Shown here: positions 58,052-64,000 of the stretch, one piece after another
How positions within the stretch are numbered: position 1 is the first letter of the stretch
How the letters are laid out: each line of letters opens with the position of its first letter
Source of the DNA: Chitinophaga pinensis
GTDB taxonomy: Bacteria > Bacteroidota > Bacteroidia > UKL13-3
DNA length: 64,000 nt
Assembly: GCA_945898275.1 (NCBI GenBank)
Contig: CAMDHZ010000013.1
Coordinates: 6,695 to 70,694 of the forward strand
Direction: 5' to 3'
Notes under the pieces: model-generated
Databases searched by the model: none
The model's input: only the letters and a program-made list of their open reading frames with translations
Told to the model about the DNA's origin: nothing
Position numbers and translations under genes: made by a program

Positions 58052-59632
58052 ATGAAGAATTTATTCTTAACATTTGCATTGATGGCTGTTTGCCTGTTTT
58101 CACTTGCATTTCCAGCCAAAGAAGCTAGTATAAATGTGCTTTCTTATGATATTTCGCTAACCGTAAATCCAAGCACTAAACTAATTTCCGGTGCTAACAA
58201 TATTAGCTTCTTAGTTTTAAAACCTGGCGATATTTGCGTTTTCAAGTTGGCTCCAAACCTTAAACTCATAAGCATTGACAATAATATTTCTTTCCAAAGA
58301 ATTCAGGAACGTATCCTTGTTAATCTCCCTCAAAATGTTTCTAAAGGTGACACCTTAAGCTTTAAGTTTGTTTATGAAGGCACGCCACAAGTAGCAAAAA
58401 ATGCACCTTGGGATGGCGGATTTGTTTGGCAACAAGACAGTTCTGGTAATCCTTGGGTTGGTATGGCTTGTGAAGGCATTGGTGCACATAGCTGGCTCCC
58501 CTGCAAAGACACCTGGGATGATGAACCCTCTAGTGTAACTTTAAGGTTGACAGTGCCTAAAGGTTTAATCGGGGTGAGTAATGGGCGATTGGTTCAAACC
58601 GAACAAAAAGAAAATACAAGTACTTTTACCTGGCAAACCAACAACCCTATAAACCATTATAACATAGCCATAAATGTTGGGAAATATGCACTTATCAAGG
58701 ATTTTTATATCAACGAAAAAGGGGATACACTATCCCTTGATTTTTATGTTTTAAAGGATAATTATAGTAAAGCCAAAACACATTTTCAACAGTCGAAGCG
58801 CATGCTAAAGGCCTTTGAACATTTCTTTGGAAAGTATCCATTTTACGAAGATGGTTACAAATTGGTTGAAACGCCTTATTGGGGAATGGAGCATCAAAGT
58901 TGTGTGGCTTATGGAAACAATTATGAGAACAATAGCTTTGGTTTCGACTTTATCATCATACACGAAAGCGGCCATGAATGGTTTGCCAATAGTATAACAG
59001 CACAAGACAAGGCAGATATGTGGCTACATGAGAGCTTTACAACGTATAGCGAGTCACTATTTGTGGAATATTATTTTGGAAAATCACGCGCCATTCAATA
59101 TCTGCTAAATCAAAAGGCAAAAATTAAAAATGAATTACCAATGATTGGCAAATATGGCACCCACCATCAGTTTACCGACAATGATATTTATTATAAAGGG
59201 GCTTGGATGCTTCATACTTTGCGAGGGATGATAGATAATGATACGCTTTGGTTTAATACTTTACGTGACCTAAATAAGAAGTACTATCATCAAATAATCA
59301 CAACCAAGGAGGTAGAGCAGTTTTTAAGCGAGCGAACTCGTATGAAATTGGCCCCATTTTTTGAGCAATACTTGCGCACATCTAACTTGCCAGTTTTAGA
59401 ATATTACATAACCAAGAAAAATGAATTAAACGAGTTACATTACCGTTTACAATCCTCGGTAAAGGGTTTAGAAATGCCAATATTGGTAACCCTTGCCAAA
59501 GATAAATTTGATTTTATCACAGCAGGTGACAATTGGAAAATCATTGATTTACCTTATGAAGATGTTTCTAATTTTAGAGCAGAGGAGAGCAAATTCTTGG
59601 TTCAAACCAAACTGATAAGCCCTAAAAAATAA
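58052..59632 (+). CDS. M1 family metallopeptidase
   Basis: APWDGG, GMEHQ, IIHESGHEWF, MWLHESFTTY, YYKGAW; signal peptide. Confidence 0.92.
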   Translation: MKNLFLTFALMAVCLFSLAFPAKEASINVLSYDISLTVNPSTKLISGANNISFLVLKPGDICVFKLAPNLKLISIDNNISFQRIQERILVNLPQNVSKGDTLSFKFVYEGTPQVAKNAPWDGGFVWQQDSSGNPWVGMACEGIGAHSWLPCKDTWDDEPSSVTLRLTVPKGLIGVSNGRLVQTEQKENTSTFTWQTNNPINHYNIAINVGKYALIKDFYINEKGDTLSLDFYVLKDNYSKAKTHFQQSKRMLKAFEHFFGKYPFYEDGYKLVETPYWGMEHQSCVAYGNNYENNSFGFDFIIIHESGHEWFANSITAQDKADMWLHESFTTYSESLFVEYYFGKSRAIQYLLNQKAKIKNELPMIGKYGTHHQFTDNDIYYKGAWMLHTLRGMIDNDTLWFNTLRDLNKKYYHQIITTKEVEQFLSERTRMKLAPFFEQYLRTSNLPVLEYYITKKNELNELHYRLQSSVKGLEMPILVTLAKDKFDFITAGDNWKIIDLPYEDVSNFRAEESKFLVQTKLISPKK

Positions 59633-60635
59633 GTTTATCTCTGGTTTGTCCGTAGCTTACATCAATAACTGCTGGCTCTAAGAAAAAGTCATGTGGGAAG
59701 CCTAATTCGATTGAAGACACCTCATTGAGTTTTTGAATCCATTTTTCAGGAATAATAACTTCAACACCAGCCAAGGCTTCTTCTATTTGTGCAGCTTTTG
59801 TAGCACCAATAATTGGAATTACTTGTTGATTGCGTTGTCTTGTCCATTGAATAGCAACTTGAGAAGGTGCACAACCCATTTCATTGGCAGCATCTACAAC
59901 AGTTTGTGCAATGACGGTATTTCTTTCATTGAGTCTTTTAGAAGCATCTGGAAGCCTTCCTTTTTCGCCACGTAAATACTTGCCAGTTAAAGCGCCACCA
60001 GCCAAAGGTGCCCAAGGAGTAACCGATAAATTTAGGGCTTTTGCCATAGGTAAAAGGTCTCTTTCAGCAGTTCTGTTGATTAGGCTGTATTCCACTTGAA
60101 GTCCGGCAAACTTATGCCAGCCGCGCAGTTCTGCAATAGTATTGGCTTGTGCCACACGCCAAGCGGGTGTATCGCTAATCCCAATATAATTTACCATACC
60201 ACGGTGAATAAGGTCGTTTAAACCCATTAAAATTTCATCTGGAGAAGTAGTAAAGTCCCAGATATGAAGCCAAAGTAAATCTATGTAATCTGTTTGAAGG
60301 CGTTTTAAACTTTCATGCACAGAGCGCATCATGTTTTTGCGATGATTGCCGCTAAAATTTGGGTCGCCATTGCGGTCTTTTAAACCATATTTGGTAGCCA
60401 CTACAAAGTGGTCTCGGTCTGAACCAACAAATTTTCCAACAAATTTTTCGGAAGTGCCTGATGTGTAAATATTGGCAGTGTCTATGAAGTTACCTCCAGC
60501 GTTGGCAAAGGTTTCAAAAACTGCTTTTGAGTTTTCTTCAGTAGCGCCCCAGCCATTTTCTGTGCCAAATCCCATGGTGCCCAAACATAGTTCTGAAACA
60601 CGTAAACCTGTGTTTCCAAATAAATGATACTTCAT
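59622..60635 (-). CDS. Aldo/keto reductase
   Basis: VSELCLGTM, FIDTANIY, ATKY, LQTDYIDLLWLH, QVEYSL, PWAPLAGG. Confidence 0.95.
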   Translation of the reverse strand: MKYHLFGNTGLRVSELCLGTMGFGTENGWGATEENSKAVFETFANAGGNFIDTANIYTSGTSEKFVGKFVGSDRDHFVVATKYGLKDRNGDPNFSGNHRKNMMRSVHESLKRLQTDYIDLLWLHIWDFTTSPDEILMGLNDLIHRGMVNYIGISDTPAWRVAQANTIAELRGWHKFAGLQVEYSLINRTAERDLLPMAKALNLSVTPWAPLAGGALTGKYLRGEKGRLPDASKRLNERNTVIAQTVVDAANEMGCAPSQVAIQWTRQRNQQVIPIIGATKAAQIEEALAGVEVIIPEKWIQKLNEVSSIELGFPHDFFLEPAVIDVSYGQTRDKLIF

Positions 60636-60716
60636 GGTACAATGATAATGAATTAACAGGAAAGGAAATTGGCTTATTGTGTTAAGTATTATACAAATGT
60701 CATTGTATTTTCTCCC

Positions 60717-60724
60717 TACCTTTG
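60717..60724 (+). promoter_or_regulatory. Putative -7 element TACCTTTG
   Basis: Consensus match 6 nt upstream of the nnr ATG, implying a very short leader. Confidence 0.4.
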
Positions 60725-60730
60725 GTTTTG

Positions 60731-62206
60731 ATGCAAGTACTCACCAATACCCAAATTGCTGCTTGGGATAAATATACCATTTCTCAAGAGCCAATTGCTG
60801 ATATAGATTTAATGGAAAGGGCTTCGCTAACTTTTGTTGAGGCCTTTGTGGCCCTCATTCAACAGCAAGATTTTTTGAGTCCTAGCATTTCTATTTATTG
60901 CGGCCAAGGCAACAATGGGGGAGATGGTCTTGCCATTGCGCGCTTGTTATTTGAAAAGGGTTATGAGGCTCGCGTTATAATATTAGCGATCAAACCAAAG
61001 GGTACCGAATCTTTCGAAATAAATCTAGATAGGGTCAAACAACTTAATATTTCTATTAATTACCTAAAAGCGTCAAACGATTTAGAAAGTTTAACATCTT
61101 CTGATATCATCATCGATGCAATGATAGGCATAGGAATAGATAAGCATTTGCAAGGCTTACCTTTTGAGGTGGTGCAATTTCTTAACCAACAGGTAGCATT
61201 TAAAGTGGCAGTTGATTTGCCTACCCCAAATTTGCTGGTGCATTATACCTTTACGTTTCAAGTGTTAAAAAAGAGTTTTCTATTTCAAGAAACTGGAGCA
61301 AATGCTGGCAAAATAAAGGTGTTGCCCATTGGTTTGCATCTAACATATTTAACTACTTTGCCTTGTGGAAATAGTTTTTTCAATAGTTTTTCTGCTAACA
61401 ACTTTCCAATCAATAGCCAATTTAACATGAAATGGGAAAAGGGACATGCCTTATTAGTGGGCGGTTCGTATGGAATGATTGGTGCTATTATTCTTTCAAG
61501 CAAGGCCGCTCTCAGTGCGTTTTGCGGCATGGTGAGTGTATATGTTCCAAAACACGCCAATTCAATTGTTCAAACAGCCTTTCCGGAGGCTTTGGTTCAA
61601 ACCGACACAGAAGAAAATTTTATAAGTACTATTCCTATTCCTGAAAACTGCAATGCTATTGGCATTGGACCAGGTTTAGGTAGGGCGGAAGAAACGCAAA
61701 ATGCTTTAATTGATTTTTTAAAACGTTGCGAAAAACCTTTGGTAATTGATGCAGATGCCTTGAATCTATTAGCTAATATTTTTAGGTTTGAACCAAACTT
61801 TATTCTGCCTAAATCTTGCATTCTAACACCTCATGCTAAAGAGTTTGACAGGTTATTTGGAAAATCTGAAAACTCCGAAGCACGTTTACAGAAGCAAAGA
61901 GATTTCAGTAAAAAATTAGAAGTGATTATAGTTTTAAAAGGTGCTAATACCTCCATTACAGATACCGAAGGAAATTGTTGGTTCAACACAAATGGGCATC
62001 CTTTACTTGCTACTGCCGGCAGTGGTGATGTGCTAACAGGTATTATAACTTCTTTGCTTGCAAAAGGAGAAACACCCATAATGGCAGCTAGGAAAGGTGT
62101 TTATATACATGCGCAAGCCGCGCAGCAGTTGGCTTTAAAAGGTTATAAACAAATTTTGGCTAGTCATCTAATTAATGAGCTGCCAATGCTTGAGCGGATT
62201 CACTAA
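60731..62206 (+). CDS. nnr: Bifunctional NAD(P)H-hydrate epimerase/dehydratase
   Basis: LMERA, CGQGNNGGDG, IDAMIGIG; GIGPGLG, VIDADAL, LTPHAKEF, LATAGSGDVLTG. Confidence 0.92.
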   Translation: MQVLTNTQIAAWDKYTISQEPIADIDLMERASLTFVEAFVALIQQQDFLSPSISIYCGQGNNGGDGLAIARLLFEKGYEARVIILAIKPKGTESFEINLDRVKQLNISINYLKASNDLESLTSSDIIIDAMIGIGIDKHLQGLPFEVVQFLNQQVAFKVAVDLPTPNLLVHYTFTFQVLKKSFLFQETGANAGKIKVLPIGLHLTYLTTLPCGNSFFNSFSANNFPINSQFNMKWEKGHALLVGGSYGMIGAIILSSKAALSAFCGMVSVYVPKHANSIVQTAFPEALVQTDTEENFISTIPIPENCNAIGIGPGLGRAEETQNALIDFLKRCEKPLVIDADALNLLANIFRFEPNFILPKSCILTPHAKEFDRLFGKSENSEARLQKQRDFSKKLEVIIVLKGANTSITDTEGNCWFNTNGHPLLATAGSGDVLTGIITSLLAKGETPIMAARKGVYIHAQAAQQLALKGYKQILASHLINELPMLERIH

Positions 62207-63179
62207 TGTATCCGTTTTCTTCCTTTAGCATTTCAAAAGGTTCATTGGCTAAAATTAGACAACCATCTAAATCTGCATAATCAACACCAGCGCATAAGTT
62301 CCATGCGCTATGAATGCCTAAAGTAGTTTCTACCATGCATCCCACCATGGTTTTCATTTTTCGGCGGCGGGCTTCATGCAAAATTCTTAAACCATTTAAG
62401 TAGCCTCCAGCTTTCATCAACTTCATGTTTATTCCGTGAAATTGTTTTTCTAAAGCGCTCATATCGGGTTGATTCAACACACTTTCGTCTGCCATTAGCG
62501 GAAAAGGAGTGTGCTTTTTTAAATAGATATATTCTTCCTTTAAATGCGCAGGCATGGGTTGTTCCACAAATAAAATAGGATGCTTCTGAAGTTTTGGTAG
62601 AAACTGAATAAGTGCTTCAACATCTTTCCAAGCTTCATTGGCATCTATCATCATAGGTTTGTTGGTTAGCTTACTTAAAACATCCAAAACCTCAATGGCG
62701 CGTTCATCTATTATCTTTACTTTGATGTGCTGAAATCTTCCCAAATCATAAGCCTCATAAAATTTTACGACCTCTTCAGCCTCCATTATTGGCAAAGTAT
62801 AGCAAGTTGCCACTTGGCCTGGTTTTTCAACACCAAGAAACTCATGAATGCTTATTTCATTTGCCTTGCAATACCAATGAATAAAGGCCGATTCGATACC
62901 AAAACGCAAAGCATTTGGTAATTGATGTAAGTCCAAAAACTGCATCAAATCCTTTACTTCTTCTATTGGTTTATAGATGGATGCCTTAAAAGTTTCAAAA
63001 GCATTATTAATAATAGCAGGATTTTCATTGTATCTAACATTTGGAGCTACTTCTCCCATGCCAACAATTCCATTGTGCTCGAACTCTATGATAAAGTTCT
63101 CTTTAAATTCGCTGGCATTTCTAGATATCTTCCAGATATATTTTAATTCCAGGCGTAGTTGTTTGATGCGCCATTCCAC
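62172..63179 (-). CDS. Dipeptide (L-Ala-D/L-Glu) epimerase, enolase superfamily
   Basis: HIKVK, IDANEAW, VEQP, MADES, INMKLMKAGG, GCMVE, ADLDG. Confidence 0.9.
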   Translation of the reverse strand: MEWRIKQLRLELKYIWKISRNASEFKENFIIEFEHNGIVGMGEVAPNVRYNENPAIINNAFETFKASIYKPIEEVKDLMQFLDLHQLPNALRFGIESAFIHWYCKANEISIHEFLGVEKPGQVATCYTLPIMEAEEVVKFYEAYDLGRFQHIKVKIIDERAIEVLDVLSKLTNKPMMIDANEAWKDVEALIQFLPKLQKHPILFVEQPMPAHLKEEYIYLKKHTPFPLMADESVLNQPDMSALEKQFHGINMKLMKAGGYLNGLRILHEARRRKMKTMVGCMVETTLGIHSAWNLCAGVDYADLDGCLILANEPFEMLKEENGYISESAQALAAH

Positions 63180-63248
63180 TTGTGCAATTTAAAAACTAGT
63201 TTTGAATTATTGGTACTTTTTAGAAAAATAGTACAAATCTGTTACAGT

Positions 63249-64000
63249 CTAGTTCCTTTTTATTCTGTCAATACTCACTTCTCTTGGGATTGTCAAATTA
63301 TTTTCGATGTGGTTAAAAAGGGTTTTCGCCAGCCATGGTCCGCGCACCACACCCTTTGTTCCTAAGCCATTTAAAACATACGTCCGCTCAAATTCTTTTA
63401 TTTTCCCAATCACTGGATTTCTATCTTTTGTGGTTGGTCTAATGCCTGCCTCTTGGGTCAAAACGTAAAAAGGCAAATGAATTAAAGCTTTAATTTTTTC
63501 CAACATTTCTTGTTTCCCAAGTTCATTAGGGATTTCATTTACTTCGTCCCATTCATAGGTTGCGCCAGCCCTAAACTGATTTTCGCCAATTGGAACCAAG
63601 TAAATTCCTTTTTTTACAATTCTATCCTCGGCTAACCCTTCACAATGGATGGTGAGCACTTGTCCTTTGCATAGCTTAAATGGCAAAGCATCTTTCAAGT
63701 AAGGATTTTCTAAGGCCCCAATTCCTTCAGCAAATACTACCGTTGAATATAATTGGTTTTGGTAATTCCAGCCGTTTTCGGTTTGAACCAAAAGTGAATA
63801 ATCAAAGGTCTTGTTTTCGAAGCTGTGCCTGTTTGTTAGATATTCGGTGTAAGTTTTAATAAATAATTTTGTATTGAGCCAACCTCCTTTAAGCATCTCA
63901 AAACTGCCATAGGGTGCAATAATATTTTCAGAGCCATTTCTAATTTCAGAAAGGTGTTCATTTAAAGTTTCATTTTTATTTCTGCACGCATAATCATTGG
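63249..64000 (-). CDS. FAD-dependent oxidoreductase (DAO/MnmC-like), 5' part outside the window
   Basis: KGQVL, GATYEW, AGIRPT.KDR.P.IG, NGLGTKG; frame stays open to the window end. Confidence 0.88.
   Translation of the reverse strand, partial: NDYACRNKNETLNEHLSEIRNGSENIIAPYGSFEMLKGGWLNTKLFIKTYTEYLTNRHSFENKTFDYSLLVQTENGWNYQNQLYSTVVFAEGIGALENPYLKDALPFKLCKGQVLTIHCEGLAEDRIVKKGIYLVPIGENQFRAGATYEWDEVNEIPNELGKQEMLEKIKALIHLPFYVLTQEAGIRPTTKDRNPVIGKIKEFERTYVLNGLGTKGVVRGPWLAKTLFNHIENNLTIPREVSIDRIKRN

Larger units (their letters stand above)
1687..63789. repeat. Dispersed 10-14-bp motif GGTTCAAACC / GGTTTGAACC, 19 exact copies
   Basis: Plus-strand GGTTCAAACC starts: 1734, 8188, 11135, 19878, 21063, 31332, 33900, 50101, 51501, 58591, 59599, 61594. 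GGTTTGAACC starts: 1687, 12969, 27273, 51374, 54965, 61785, 63780. Confidence 0.9.

Noticed and set aside
1687-63789. Motif as CRISPR repeats or MITE ends
   Set aside because: Too short, irregular kb-scale spacing, and no shared flanks beyond 14 bp.

Overview
AT-rich (about 35% GC, estimated by eye) Bacteroidota chromosomal segment. The assignment rests on T9SS type A and type B C-terminal domains, a PorP/SprF gene, TAnnTTTG promoters and lipoprotein signal peptides. In order, it contains: 3' part of alaS; an NAD epimerase; an arsenic-resistance cluster (arsR, LMW-PTP/ArsC-like, acr3, metallophosphoesterase, SAM methyltransferase); an acyltransferase; lipoproteins and a LruC protein; padR-pspC; a three-gene two-component cluster; a secreted PNGase F-like protein; DUF4139; an ECF sigma/anti-sigma pair; a biotin carrier; two M1 and one M28 peptidases; a Y1 (RAYT-like) transposase with REP-like hairpins; a 4456-aa PKD adhesin with four 1350-bp repeats plus its SprF partner; a LitR/CarH-like MerR; comEC; a GbsR-like operon; a DEAD helicase; fabI; nnr; and other housekeeping genes. 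I found no rRNA, tRNA or CRISPR array. The main unexplained signal is a short dispersed motif, GGTTCAAACC (extended consensus T-N-GGTT-CA-AACC-N-A). I counted 19 exact copies on both strands against roughly 0.1 expected by chance. 17 of them lie inside coding sequences, in four different reading frames, and three are in comEC. This resembles a DNA-uptake-sequence or HIP1-like genomic signature, and I do not know of one described for Bacteroidota. All counts were done by eye, and product calls come from motif recognition, not database searches.
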